A stretch of DNA of 61,054 nucleotides from Hydrolagus affinis (Eukaryota): the NCBI GenBank assembly GCA_012026655.1, contig JAAILG010001841.1:1-61054 (forward strand), read 5' to 3'. A program made the position numbers and the translations under genes. This document shows positions 24,834 through 38,054 of this stretch, piece by piece (positions within the stretch are counted from its first letter, which is position 1; each line of letters opens with the position of its first letter). The notes under the pieces were generated by a model, which did not search any database, was not told the DNA's origin, and saw nothing but the letters and a program-made list of their open reading frames with translations.

Positions 24834-25461
24834 GTAAATGTTAAATTTACTAACTGTTGAACATGTGAATAATTTTAAATGAATCTTTCAGTGTATGCTT
24901 CTAAATGAAATATTACATTAGTCATAAGGATTGTCATGATTTTTGCTTTATGAAATTAAACATATTTTACTTGTCGAGCATACACAGGTCAGTTATGGCA
25001 CAGGTGTGATAGAGTAGAACATCCTGTCCTGGTGCCAATCTGTGCAAAACTGACGTTTTGTACTACTCAAAAATCCAGTCAAATCCGGTTTGATTTGAAT
25101 TTCTATCCCAGAGATGAATAGACCAGTGTTGTAATACACTACACCATCTGTCCCATTTAATGCTTGTTTGATGATCTATTTGGTATGTGCTGCATTACTT
25201 GTAAATTAATATTCATTATCTTGATGATCATCCACTATTCCTCACCATCTTGCCACAGTTGGAATCTGCAAAGTTCATGAGAGCAATAAAAACTGAGCGT
25301 GTATGTTTTCAGCAGTTATTGTGATATACTTGTGTATATATTTTTACTTTCACTAAAAGTCCTGAATAAAAGATAACAAAGGGTGTTCATTCACTGTACG
25401 CATCTGGGACTCTGTGCTCCAGGATAGGTTTCCTTGGTAACGTTTTTATTTTCATGAACAG

Positions 25462-25633
25462 ATTGAAAAAGCCTATGACTATCTCACTCAACATACCGCA
25501 GTAAAGAGTACAAGTTTAGGCTTCAATATCAAAATAAGCCAATGGCGTGGAATCTACCTCAGGGAGCCTGCGTATTTGTCTGTGCCGCTCGACTTGTCTG
25601 TCTGTGTGGAGCCAGTATTTCCTGAAAATACAG
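25462..25633 (+). CDS. TPP2: TPP2 exon 13
   Basis: cag|IEKAYDYLTQH...RGIYLREP...VEPVFPENT|gtacag. Confidence 0.94.
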
Positions 25634-26994
25634 GTACAGAAAATGCAACCCCAAATTCACTGATAAATGTTTTATGTTGTAGCCTGAGGACAACAAAGCC
25701 AAATGGGGTTGAGTAACTGGCATTTTTCCTGTTTGTTTTTAATCAATGTGTTTTTTTTCCAGCCAAATTGATATTGTTTTCCAAATCTAAATTTCACAAG
25801 ATAATTTTTACATGTATCCTTGAAAAAAATCTCCTATAAGCAGTCTATGTAGTTAAATGCCCAATGCATTGTTTTTAAACGTAGGATAATTAATTTTCTT
25901 ATTCCAGTTCTGTGCCCAGCATTTATTCAATTCCACAATTGAATTGCTGATTATTTTGAAAATTGTATAATACTGATGTATCTGTAAATATTGTCCCTCT
26001 CAGTCAGCAGTCTAGAGTGGCTCAAACTGATTGCTTTCACATTATTGCAGTTGTGAGTTATTACAGACTAGCAAATCTCAGCTGGATGTGAATTTTTTTG
26101 TCCTTTCTCATTGAGAACTCTCATTGCTCTCTCACACCTCCTGGTGGCTGAAATCAAGGCAGCAATGACAGTTTGATAATTGCATGCTTGACTCGGCTCT
26201 TGCTTGGGAAATGGTGTGGTCCAGGGTAGGGTTTGAAATGAGAAGAAAAGAAATGGGACTTGAAAGTATACACTTCGGGCAGAAGAAAGATTAAGTCAGG
26301 GGGGATAACCAGAGTGACAGGATATTAAAAATGTATTTTGTAAAGGGGTGGTGAAAAGGAATAGAATAATAATTACTGATTTCAATGATGAGTAAAATGG
26401 CCAATCAAGAATGGACAATGGTAAGGGGAGATTATGTGGGAATGTCATTCTGTAGTTGCGAGCTGTTCAGAGTGAGGAAGTACGATTTACGTTTGAGTCA
26501 CTCTCTCTGTGTTGTCTCTGTGTCTGTTGCTTCCTGCCTCTGTTCCCTTCACCACTTTCTCATGAAGTTATAGATTTTTTCTCTGTGGGTGTTTTATTCT
26601 GTAGGTATGTGTGTCACTGTCTGTATTTCTTATCTTTCTGTCTTATTCTGTCTCTGAAATTTTCCCTCTCCCTTGTGCACAGTCACCCACACTCCTCTGC
26701 TCCTTTAAATTGAAGCTATATGGTTCCGTTAAATTGAAGCTATAGTATTGAACAAATAAGACTTGAGTAGGAAATCTGTTCTGGTAATATTTTCCTGTGC
26801 AATATGTTCCTGTGTGTGAAAAGCTATGTAGAAATTGTACATTTAAGATATTCTTGAGGAGGAGTATTCAAGGATTTGTCAAATCAAACAGAAGTTGTAG
26901 CCTGCAGCTTCGATATCTGAAAGTTTTATTGCAATTAAAATGTTGAATGTTTGCATTGTCCTATATCATTAAGCATTTTATTTTAAATTCACAG

Positions 26995-27152
26995 AAAACA
27001 ATGAGAAAATTGCCCTGCAGTTACATTGTGCTTTGACTTGTGATGCATCATGGGTGTACATACCTTCCCATCTGGAGCTGATGAATCAATGCAGGCAGGT
27101 GACAGTCCGGGTCAACGCTCGTGGACTCAAGGAAGGACCACACTATACTGAG
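26995..27152 (+). CDS. TPP2: TPP2 exon 14
   Basis: cag|(E)[33 protein letters not shown]...[10 protein letters not shown]|gtttgt. Confidence 0.95.
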
Positions 27153-27456
27153 GTTTGTCTCTGATTGAATTATAATAATGATCCTTGCATTTGATATAGC
27201 ATCTTTAAATAATTGATGCCTTATCTTTAACAATAATTAAGTGAGTGGTATTTGTATCCCAGTGCTATTTCTGTCTTGGGATGTATAGTGTGATAATTGC
27301 CATCAAAATGTTTCAGTTTGTGAGCAAGTCTTGAATAGATTGAATACCCTGGAGAAATAACATATTTTGAAAAAGTTCAGATGATTACATTTATGGACCT
27401 GGTTGGCATGTCTCCATGTTATTTTATATAAGCTTCCTTTCTCCATCTCACTTCAG

Positions 27457-27533
27457 ATTCTTGGTTACGATACAACAGCAATTGGTGCAGGACCAGTGTT
27501 CCGGATTCCAGTTACAGTTATTATTCCATCAGG
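27457..27533 (+). CDS. TPP2: TPP2 exon 15
   Basis: cag|ILGYDTTAIGAGPVFRIPVTVIIPS|gttggt. Confidence 0.94.
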
Positions 27534-27971
27534 GTTGGTGAAAAATAATCTATTATTTTATGTAGCCTGTATTGTAACTTGCAAGGGCGATCGTGAGCAA
27601 GCAGGGGGATCACAGCTGGCTTGAAGGGAAGGTACAAGAGCAGGGCGAGATATCGAGTAATTGATTCTTTGAATCTCGGAGGCATAGTTGTGTGTAAAAG
27701 AGTCCTGGGAGGATGACTGCAAAAGACCTTTCTAAGTGTCAGAAGGAGAAATAAACACCAGCTACATTGTCAGCTAGTCACCAAAATGGGCCAGTCTAAC
27801 AAGGCAGTATGGGAAGCATCTCTCGTTCAACATCTTAAAAGTTCCCTTTAAATGTTATAGTCTCTGCCAGTATTCACTGTTGATTAGAGCATAGGTTGGA
27901 AGAAAGACGGGGTCTCTAGATTTTCATTTTTGCATTTAATGGAATTGTTTATATGTTATCTGTGTGCACAG

Positions 27972-28078
27972 AATAGATGAAGCTTCTGAATACAAAAGTG
28001 AACATAAAAAGGTGCACTTCAGGCCAGGAGAGATGAAACGGCACTTTTTTGAAGTACCCCAAGGAGCTACTTGGGCTG
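27972..28078 (+). CDS. TPP2: TPP2 exon 16
   Basis: cag|IDEASEYKSEHKKVHFRPGEMKRHFFEVPQGATWA|gtaggt. Confidence 0.94.
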
Positions 28079-28718
28079 GTAGGTATTGGAGTTGATTGTG
28101 TAACTAATCTTAAGAGTATTATTGCAAATCTGCATAACATACAAATATAAACAGATGGAAGAGGTGCTGAAAATGTCGTAATTTTACTTTTTTGTTGAAA
28201 ATCTGGTGAGAGAAATGGAGATATTTGATATTGTGTCATTCTAATTGAATAAGTAACTAACTTATGTGTTAATCTACAGATTTCAGTTAAATATTAAAAT
28301 TTAACATCTGGTGTCAACATTTTCTGGTGTCAACATTTATCTTCTGTATATTTAAAATGTTTATTTTGCTGTGGCTACTGAAACAGGAGTGAATCATTCC
28401 ATTTACTTAACTCTTCCAAGTAATCATTATCCCCAAAGTCTTGAATATATGTCTGTGGACTGAACTGATTGGATTCACCACTTGTTTGGGCAGTTTTTGT
28501 CTAAGGTCAGTGAATGTGGGAGTTTGTTAACATCCAACTCTAAGACAATGGGTTAGTAGACAATAAAATGAAATCAGCTCACTTTTAGTGGAACTGTAGC
28601 AGTTTGTCCCACTTACAAGTAAGTAACCAGTTTGTCCTACAAAGGGCATTAAAGCTTATAATGTTTTCTAGAGTGAGCATAGTGGAGTGAAAATAATCTA
28701 ATTTTCAACCTATTGCAG

Positions 28719-28873
28719 AGATAAACCTGGTTTCAAAGTCAGAAGATAAAACATCAGAATTTGTTGTTCATGCCCTTCAATTGAAAAAAGAAAAGGCCTT
28801 CCGAGTTCATGAATTCTATAAACACCTGTACCTTTCAGAAAAGGCTTCCCTGCGTGATGCCTTTCCAGTCGTT
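28719..28873 (+). CDS. TPP2: TPP2 exon 17
   Basis: cag|(E)INLVSKSEDKTSEFVVHALQLKKEKAFRVHEFYK...DAFPVV|gtgagt. Confidence 0.94.
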
Positions 28874-29382
28874 GTGAGTACTGCTAAATCAATGACGAGT
28901 CTTTTCAATGAAACTGAGTGGGTAGCAACATTTCTATTTCCTGTTGTTAGTGCATGTAACATGGATGACACTTTATAGCACATTAATTAAATGAGTACTG
29001 TGTGTTTGCCCCAAATTATCTGATTTCAGTGGTGAGATTTAGTGAAATTATAATAAATTTTCCAGTTATTCATTTGTGATCTACGTTACATCCAGGGAGT
29101 TTTCTGCCTGTTCAGTCTTTTCCTAACCTATTACTCTCCTCCCACCTCATCCACTTCTTTTCAGGCTTGTTGGGAATGTTCTCATCCCATTGACAGACCA
29201 TTTGTGGCATGCAAAATCCCAAATAATTCCATTTGAGGATCTTTGAAATTTTAAGATCAGAAGCTATGACTTTAGTACAAGTCTGAGAATGTTTGTTGTA
29301 AATGTACCCTTTTCATGTAACATCTAAATATGTTCAATGTGAGTATGATGCTACTGTATTTTTGTATCTGAATTCTCTGCAG

Positions 29383-29499
29383 GCAGGGAGGACTATTGAA
29401 ATTTGTATTGCCCGCTGGTGGTCTAGCCTGGATGATATTGAAATTGACTATTGCATTTCATTCCATGGACTGAGCTGTAATAGTGATAATTTACATATT
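29383..29499 (+). CDS. TPP2: TPP2 exon 18
   Basis: cag|AGRTIEICIARWWSSLDDIEIDYCISFHGLSCNSDNLHI|gtaagt. Confidence 0.96.
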
Positions 29500-30517
29500 G
29501 TAAGTATTTGTTTTTTTTCCCCAAAATTCTACTTGCTAGCTTGTGTGATGCTCAAAGTTGATTGTAGTTATCAGAATCTTTGAATCGATTATATCCAAAG
29601 ATGGTTAAATACCATTCGGTGCTTCAAAGCATATGAACTGAAGTGAGGCCAATTGCCAAATCGTATTTGTCCTGTACCAATCTACATCTGTGGTTTATTT
29701 ATTGCGTTCCTTTTTTTAATTTGAAATTTGCAGACAAAGAGTTGAACATTCACATACAGCATTTTATCTTGTTTTGTATTAGAAGCAAGTGTTAAAAGTC
29801 TCAGAAATCCCTTTTTTTAAATCTTAAACTAGTGATGTAAGTATAGCACAGAGTTTAGATTCCGTGTATTCCAGCTATCGAATGCTTTTGTGATCTCTGA
29901 ATTAGTGGTTCGTGGTTGGAACTCTTGATGATCGCCATTTAATTCAGAATCAATTTTGCTTACAAAGGGACTTTATAATAGCCGAGTTAGTGAAAATAAT
30001 GCCCATTATTGCCTACAAACTATCATTACTCTTTGTAACAGTAAATCCTGTGAAGCACGTTAAGACGTTTCAATGATGGGATATGGCATCATATCAAATG
30101 TAATGAATGTTATTATATATCTAGCATTAAGTCTTAAAAATAAGAAAGGTTGCTGTATTCCTGGCCAGTGCTAAATTAATGGATTTCAAGACAGCAGTTG
30201 AGTACTTTAGTTAACTTTACTACCTTGGTTCAGAGAAGAACTCAGCTAGAGGTCCTTGCTTCTGGTCATTACCTTATGATCCCAAAATGCACTGTTGAGG
30301 ATGGGATTGATTCATACAATTTCCCCAAGGAGAAAATAATGTACTTCAACCAACCTTATAAATAACATGCCCCAGAAAGAGAGGAAAAAATGTGAGAGCT
30401 AGAAATCTGAAATATAGAAAATGCTGCAAATGCACAACAAATCAATCAGCATCTGAACAAAGACAATGGGATAATTCTTTGGTTGGCACCTTTTATATAT
30501 CTTGACCAATGCATGAA

Positions 30518-30552
30518 AATCAAGACTATTAATATTATTAATAGTCTTGATT
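30518..30552. repeat. Perfect AT-rich inverted repeat (17-bp arms, 1-nt spacer)
   Basis: AATCAAGACTATTAATA t TATTAATAGTCTTGATT. Confidence 0.9.
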
Positions 30553-30708
30553 AATATTAATATTATTAATATTCCATAGACTATTAATATTAACATTTAG
30601 TGCCTTTTTTTAATGATTGCAAATGCTCTTATTTGTAAAATTCATTGATGCAAATAGATTATACAACTAACCAAAATTGATGCTGGGTCTGTCTGTTATT
30701 TTCTTCAG

Positions 30709-30809
30709 CATGCCTCTGAGGGTGTTGTGAGATTTGATGCCATCACTTCACTGAAATATGAGGAGCTCTCTCCAGTTTTAACTCTGAAAAATTGGGTCCA
30801 GACTCTCCG
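30709..30809 (+). CDS. TPP2: TPP2 exon 19
   Basis: cag|[33 protein letters not shown](R)|gtaata. Confidence 0.96.
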
Positions 30810-31036
30810 GTAATACAAATTTAATTATTAATGGATTTTAGTGAAAAAATGTTTCATATATTTTGAACTTGGTGCAAATTTTTAATGTGCTGTCTCTTTT
30901 CCAATAATGGGATCATTTATATCTCTTCATTTCCCTTTGACCATATCAAGTCAGGTATACTTGTATAGTGTTTGAAATATGTCTAATAATTAAAGCTAAA
31001 TAACAATTATTGAAAGGGTGTTTCTCTCTTTTGCAG

Positions 31037-31133
31037 CCCTGTGGAAGCCAAAACTAGACCTTTAGGGTCACGTGATGTTTTGCCACATAACAGACATCTC
31101 TACGAACTAGTGCTGACTTACAGCTTCAATCAG
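31037..31133 (+). CDS. TPP2: TPP2 exon 20
   Basis: cag|PVEAKTRPLGSRDVLPHNRHLYELVLTYSFNQ|gtaact. Confidence 0.96.
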
Positions 31134-31537
31134 GTAACTGCCCATAGTGCAGTCCTAGTTAATCATTCAAAATTCTCCTTTGATGCACCTTATCAGTTTT
31201 ATTCTACCAATTGTAATTGTAGGATCTTCTGTAGCTATGAGGTTAACTGAGCTCAGACTTCACAGCTCAAACTTCCACAGCTGGTAGCTATCTGTTTCAC
31301 ACAGTCTGTGAAGAGAGGGGTAGAAAAGATAGTAAATTATTTGCATCAGTGTAAATCATACGATTGTGAAGCCTGAATGAAATAGAAGGCAATGCATGAA
31401 TGAAATAAAATTGAAGCATATGAATATAATTATTGATGTTCATATCATTACATTTTTGTAATGTTATTCTTGGCAGTATAACCTATAAAACAAAGTAGTT
31501 TTAAAATGCTGTGCCATATCTTTTTGTGTTGCCTCAG

Positions 31538-31675
31538 ACTAAGACTGGAGATGTGACTCTCAGCTGCCCCTTGCTGTCTGACTTGCTGTATGAATCGGAA
31601 TATGACAGTCAACTTTGGATTCTCTTTGATCAAAATAAGAGGATGATTGGAGCAGGAGATGCTTATCCTGACAGG
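31538..31675 (+). CDS. TPP2: TPP2 exon 21
   Basis: cag|[46 protein letters not shown]|gtaaga. Confidence 0.96.
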
Positions 31676-32068
31676 GTAAGAACATAGCTTGTGGAATGTA
31701 CCTGCTTGATCTAATTTAAGGGGACCCGAATATAAAAGGCCAATTATGATGAAGTTGCTTTGTGGCAGAGGATTGTGTTGGCGAGTAAACTTCCCAAACT
31801 TCCTATTCAAAACTATACCCCAGGAGTTGAAGAGAAAACAAGTTAACCTTGGCTGTTCATTTCAGCAATTTGGCAATTTCTCAGTTTTATAAACAAACTT
31901 GCTTGCACCAAACAAAACAAGGTCCCAATATGGTCTTTGTGCATGAGTGCTATCTTAAGGTTTATGTTCCATCACTAAAATGGAACCGATTCTTAGTGTT
32001 TGATTTGGATATCTTATTCCTTTTGTCGAAATAAGCCTTTTATTAAATGCAGTCTGCTTTGTTTGCAG

Positions 32069-32313
32069 TATCCCTTGAAACTGGAGAAAGGGGACTATAC
32101 TGTTCGCCTACAGATTCGTCATGAAGGGCTCACTGAGTTAGAGCCTTTGACAGACCTGCCTTTCCACATCAGTCGCAAGCTCCCATCGCCACTCTCTCTG
32201 GATATCTATAAGACACATGCTAATGCTCTCCTGGGCAAGAGCAAGTTTGGTTCTCTCACACTTCCACCAAAATTCACTGTTCCTTTCTACGCCACTTCAT
32301 TGCCAGATGACAA
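32069..32313 (+). CDS. TPP2: TPP2 exon 22
   Basis: cag|[19 protein letters not shown]...ATSLPDD(K)|gtaagt. Confidence 0.96.
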
Positions 32314-32837
32314 GTAAGTGATAGTGCAGTGTTACACATTATAGCAGCAGTGAAAAGGGAGGAAACAGCTAACTATTTAGCCTGCCCTCTCTAGGGCCTA
32401 GGTGTGTTCTCAATTCAGTTCAAATTGGTTCAAGCTAATTCTGCGAAGACTGATATACAGTAGAGATGAGCCAATCTGATGAACAGTGAAAATGAGCCAA
32501 TAAGGTTCAAACTTTTTTTTATTCAGAAACTAGTTGAAGAAACCTTAGTGCAGGGCACCACCAAGTTTGAAAAAAGTAACAGAAAATCAAGATGAGTGAA
32601 GAAGTGGTTAGGTGATGCAAAGCTTGGACTTTCAAAGCCTATAAATGGCGCAAGAGGAAAATCCAAGGTAACAAATTTCATAATTTTTAGATCCGGGGAA
32701 AGATTGAGATATATTAAGAGATGGTGAGATGAGTTTGATTTCAACATATGAGGATGCATGAAGAAAGAGTAGGAAGAGTGTGAAAATGTTGGCCATTGCG
32801 CTGTATTTGATAATGTAAATTTACCTTTCTTCTCTAG

Positions 32838-32916
32838 AGTTCCCAAAGGTATTGAGATTGGGTGCTATCTTAAAGGAGTTCTCACACTTTCCAAAACTGA
32901 AATGGGCAAGAAAGCT
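32838..32916 (+). CDS. TPP2: TPP2 exon 23
   Basis: tag|VPKGIEIGCYLKGVLTLSKTEMGKKA|gtaagt. Confidence 0.95.
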
Positions 32917-35172
32917 GTAAGTCCTCCTATCGTGAAATCACATGCTATTTGTTTGAGCTGTGTGTTTTATCTTTCTCATATAAGAATCAAATTAATTGCA
33001 TAATCTTTTACTGGCAATGGGCTTTGCTACATAGTGAAAGGTGGACTGTTTTACTGTGCCTACACTGTTACTACTGCAGATATGGAATGTGTAGACTCCT
33101 TTACCCTGAGCCAGGGAAAACGCTTGCTTAAAATATCAGAAATCGGCACACTATACACTCTTTCCAACTGATATTTCCTTGTATTGTAGAAAGCTAATTG
33201 TAATTACCTTTATAAGGTAGCATTTAATAAAGTTAAAATAGCATTCCACTTGCTTATGAATATCTTATAAATATTAGCTATCCTCTTTCTTCAGTGGTTC
33301 CACATAATATTTCACCCAAAAAATGCATTTTGGTAAAAGGTCTCTAAAGCAATCAAAAATACTTTAATTGGGATGATGAGAATAAGCTTCAGTTGATTGA
33401 CAGTTTCATTGTGGAGAGGAGCTTCCATGGCAGAGAACACTTTTATTGCACCTCAAGGAACTAAGTAGTAACCTAGCTCAGGGTCAATGCGTGAAATGTC
33501 TCATGTCACCTGCTGCTAATTTATGCAAACCAAAGTAGGTTTGTGCAGTTGGAGACCAACTCCCACTGGATACAAGCCCACAGCGTATGCTTGGAATGGC
33601 CCTAAGTGATGTGTCTACCGTGCCAGTGTTACAGTTGGAGGAGGGAGGGGTCTTGTAAGGCTGAGCTAATGAGCCACTCAAGTCAGATCTGTGGTTCACC
33701 ACACAGTCTACATGCATTTATTTATCCATCATGAACTTGAACTAATGCATTTCAACAGTATCAATAGATTGGGTTGTCAAAATACCCTTATCGTTTTGTT
33801 TTGAATCAGAGATTATAAGTAAGGAATGGAAAAGGCAGCCATTATTGCCGTTTTGTAAGTGATGCTACAATTGGCTATTTATGACAGTCAGTACTTTTCA
33901 CATTAGAACTTTCTGTACATCATGTGACTTTTGTTCCGGTACTCCTAATCTGATATGTAATGTTTGACCTCAGGCAGTTGGGTGGCAGGGGAACAGGAGG
34001 ACTGGCCTATTTTGTTTGTTTGCTGTTATCTGTAAGCTGATTGCAGGAATATTTCCATGCGTGCTATTTTTGTTTCATTGTGGAGTTTTGCATGAAATTG
34101 AAATGATGTTTTTTAACAAACTCAGTTCCAACTCTGTCCTTGATCCATCTCAGTACCGCATCCATCTCTTGTTTAAAAAAATGATAGATGTGTTACGCAA
34201 CAGATAAAGATGAATTTAATATCCTGCTGAGCCTTAGATTAATTATCTCTATCAGTGACTGTTAGGTGTATAAATGCACAATCTGCTACTTGTCCATGAT
34301 ATTTCTACCAGCTGTAAGCCTTTGTTCTTCTGTATGGAGGCAAAGTTTGATCACTTCCTCTCCATGCAGATTGTTGGATACTCTTGGTACAAGGAGATGT
34401 CCAAGTTTATAGTTGCTGTGATTATGAAATAGTGTTGGGACATGTACATTGCTTGTTTTGAGCATTATAGAGTGGAGTGTCATATTAAGGGAGTGAAGTT
34501 CTTAGTAGAAAAGTTCACATTGTGTGTGTAGATGAATCACTGTACAAATTATGTTACAAATGGCTTGGTAGCCTGTTGAGAGACACAGATGAACATTGGA
34601 GTAATTTCATTTTTATTCAGGATTCATTATGGTAGGTTAGAAACTTCATGCTGGAGTTGAGGAAAACATCCAGTTAGTAAACAGTTCATGGTTTGTTAGA
34701 TGGGCAGCTTCCAAATATAACACACTTCTCTGTCTGTACCTGAAAGCTTGCGTCAGCCTTGCTTTTATTCATTCATGCTTGCTGAAGTGAAGGATTGATC
34801 CACTAAAAATTGAAGCATTTTCTTCATATTGCACCCAGTGACAGAATACGTACTTTGAACTGTACACAGTGCATGATTTGTTTAATGTAGAGCTTCAACA
34901 TCAATGAACCTCAAGATCCAGAGTCTGAAGAATAATACACTTGTATTGTAAACCATCTATCTGCAGGGTTCAATTGTTATGAGGAGTTAGGTTATAATAA
35001 TGTTATAGTGTAAATGTTCAATATGTTCCCAGATAAAATGGCCATTCGTACTTTATTTGCCAAAGATATTAAATTCATTTTGGTGTGTGCTTTGCATAAT
35101 GCTATGCTCTTTTAAGTAGATCTGATGTTAGCTTGTTACGCTGGTAAACATTCTGCATTCTGTTGTTTTCAG

Positions 35173-35321
35173 AGTATGTTCCCTGTGAACTACTATCTGG
35201 TGTCATCCCCAAACAAGACCAAGAATGGAAATAAAGAAAAGGCAAGCAGAGAAAAAGAGAAGGATCCAAAGGAGGCATTTGATGAAGCTATGAGAGATCT
35301 CAAGATACAGTGGTTACCAAA
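35173..35321 (+). CDS. TPP2: TPP2 exon 24
   Basis: cag|SMFPVNYYLVSSPNKTKNGNKEK...EAMRDLKIQWLP(K)|gtacat. Confidence 0.94.
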
Positions 35322-35884
35322 GTACATAACATGAATTCAGTTAATACAGTATATGCAATTCAATTGAGAATAACCGGACAGCAACCAAAACTACTGATAG
35401 CTTTAAAACCTACGTCAAGTCAGTGTGTCATCCGGAGTTTCAATGATAGCTTTCACTGTCCGGGTGGGAGCAATTAGTGACCCATATGTTATACAACATG
35501 TAATCAAATTTCATGAGAAGTTTACTTTATTCCCTGTTGACCCTCTTTTTTTTTGCAAACCCGTTTTGTTGTCTTATAAGGCAAACACACTCAAATATAC
35601 TAGCTATTTAAAGAAGTTAGCACAAAATAAGAGAAATGGAGAACTGTGCTGATTGCCTCTAATATTTTCATTTTCTCCTTATCTTTTTTTTCTGGCCGTC
35701 TGAATGAGTAAACAATAGAAATAATTTTCTGCAACAAATTGCCGCCAATCAGTTTTTTTGTTAAACTGATCGAATTGAGGATGTCGTCTGAACGTGAACC
35801 TTTCAGAACCAGTGCAGGATGTTGAGTCTTGCTTACATTCGATTAACATTCTTACCCTATTCAATTTTGATTTTTCTGTTACAG

Positions 35885-35981
35885 ACTGGATCAAGGCTAT
35901 CTGTATGACGAATTAGTTTCTGTCTATCCTGAACATTTACCTGTACATGTTGCTTATCTTGCTTACTTGGATTCAGAAAAG
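35885..35981 (+). CDS. TPP2: TPP2 exon 25
   Basis: cag|LDQGYLYDELVSVYPEHLPVHVAYLAYLDSEK|gtgtgt. Confidence 0.93.
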
Positions 35982-36459
35982 GTGTGTCTTTTTGTGCTCT
36001 TGAAGAAATTAGATTTTATTGCTTTAATGAACAGAATGAACAGCCTTGAAGATTTTCATAATGCTCCTTTTTTACATACCTCACAGAGTTGGAACTGAGT
36101 TTGTTATGCAACCACATTATATTACTCTTGAAGCCTTACTTTTTGACCTTAGAAGACTAGTTTTACCTACTTTAGTATCTATATTTTAATCTGTTTTAGG
36201 AAATAGTATGCCCCTAAGTACCTGCTACAGTAACAGCATTAGCAGCATTAACAGGGAGCAGGTTGCCTGAATTTATTGTTCTGTAGGGAAATGGTGTGTG
36301 GAATCATTTTAATTATTCTTGATAGCATTTGACCATTTTGATTACCTATATGGAACTACTTTAAATTTTGGTGGAGTAGTGCATGTCTCCTCTTTGCTTT
36401 ATTACATAATTCTTTTACATATTACCTGTTAATTTTAGTAGTTTACATCTTTTTCTTAG

Positions 36460-36587
36460 AAAAGAAAAAGTTTAGATGACATTATTCAAGCAGCTGAACT
36501 AGTTCTATCCAAAATTGATCAAACTGCCCTCGTGACCCACCTGGCTTTGAAGACGGATCTTAGGCCTGATGCTGTTTCTATCAAAAG
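36460..36587 (+). CDS. TPP2: TPP2 exon 26
   Basis: tag|KRKSLDDIIQAAELVLSKIDQTALVTHLALKTDLRPDAVSIK|gtaagt. Confidence 0.93.
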
Positions 36588-37201
36588 GTAAGTAGAAGGA
36601 CATTTTTTATTAAACATTTACTGTTTCTTGATATTTGAAACATTTGCCTTTACATTGTATAGATTGGTCTCCTAGTTAGCAATATTAGGGGTCACATTTA
36701 CTACTGTCTGTTGAAAATCCCTTATAATCAACAAATGTAGCGTTCTCAATTTGTTTTGTACGTATAGCACCATGTTTCCATATACAAACATTATTTTCCA
36801 AAACCTCTCATCTTCCGGACACTTATTGTCCCCAAATGACTTATCCTCTTTACGTTTTACAGTTCCAAACAGGGGTATAGAATTATTAGGGTGATTTGCC
36901 GTACAATGTTTAAACTTATGCAGTCAGTTTATTTATCTCTGTTTCATTTAACAAATGTTCCAAAATTCCCAAAGGAACAAAAGTTAAGCACATTGTTTCT
37001 AGAGGTGATCAGATATCAACAGCAACCAATGAAGGCACTGCTTATATGTCTGCTTACAGAAGTCTTTTGCACTGCAACACAAAACTTGTAACAGGCCAGT
37101 CAGTCAACCCATAATTAGAATAACGCTTTTGAGTTCCTCTTTTAAAGCAATTAGTTCAATTTGTTCTGTAACTGAGATTATGCTGACCTTTCTTCTTTCA
37201 G

Positions 37202-37385
37202 TGAGATGGAAAAACAAAAATCTGCTCTGATTGATGCTCTCTGTCACAAAGGTTGTGCACTGGCTGATAAACTTCTCCATCTCCAGTCACAAGAATATAC
37301 TGAGAATGATTCAGAGGAAATCTGCAGTAAACTCACAGAGAGTTTCTATGATGTACAGAAATGGATAGATATCACAGATTGTAAG
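37202..37385 (+). CDS. TPP2: TPP2 exon 27
   Basis: cag|EMEKQKSALIDALCHKGCALAD...KWIDITDCK|gtaatt. Confidence 0.95.
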
Positions 37386-37934
37386 GTAATTACTGTACCT
37401 TGATTAATATTGATTATAACTATAGATTAAACTTTAATTATCATTGGCTCATGGCACGGTACAAGGAACTGTGGCTCATTTCAGTGAAAAGTTTCTGTTT
37501 GTATCATTCTATATGATAAAACAGTGATGAAATATCTGTGTTTATGTGTTATTTAATGGTAAGTTAGTAAGAATATTTCTTGTAGAAACCCATTTTTATG
37601 CTGTCTTCTGATTTGTCAGGTTTTGTTGAGTCATATAAACTAACTTGGGATGACTAAAACTGAATCAGATTTAAGTTTTCTTAGTATCTATTTCATCGTA
37701 AGATTCACTCATTTCTTGGATAGAAATGTAAAGTGTTCATAGCTTTGAGACATCTAGAAGATGTGAAAAGCACTATATCAAATACAAAGATTATTATGTG
37801 GTGGCAAATTATATTTATTATAATATTTCATATTTTAATGCAATTTCATTGTGGTTCTTCTATTGCGTTAACATGTCTTCTATAGCATTGCAATACCAGC
37901 ATTACTTACTAGCAAGTATGTTTGTCATTCTCAG

Positions 37935-38054
37935 GCATTAACATTTGCTTACAAGCATGCTTTGGTGAAGCAAACGTATGGGCGCGCCTTGATGTTTGCC
38001 TTCAAAATTGTTGAAAATAAGCCAAGTCAAGAAAACGCAAGGAATTGTATTCAG
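37935..38054 (+). CDS. TPP2: TPP2 exon 28
   Basis: cag|[40 protein letters not shown]|gtttgt. Confidence 0.95.

Noticed and set aside
28307-28338. Short tandem duplications (TCTGGTGTCAACATTT twice; similar at 8043 and 26705)
   Set aside because: Ordinary slippage duplications in non-coding DNA with no further structure
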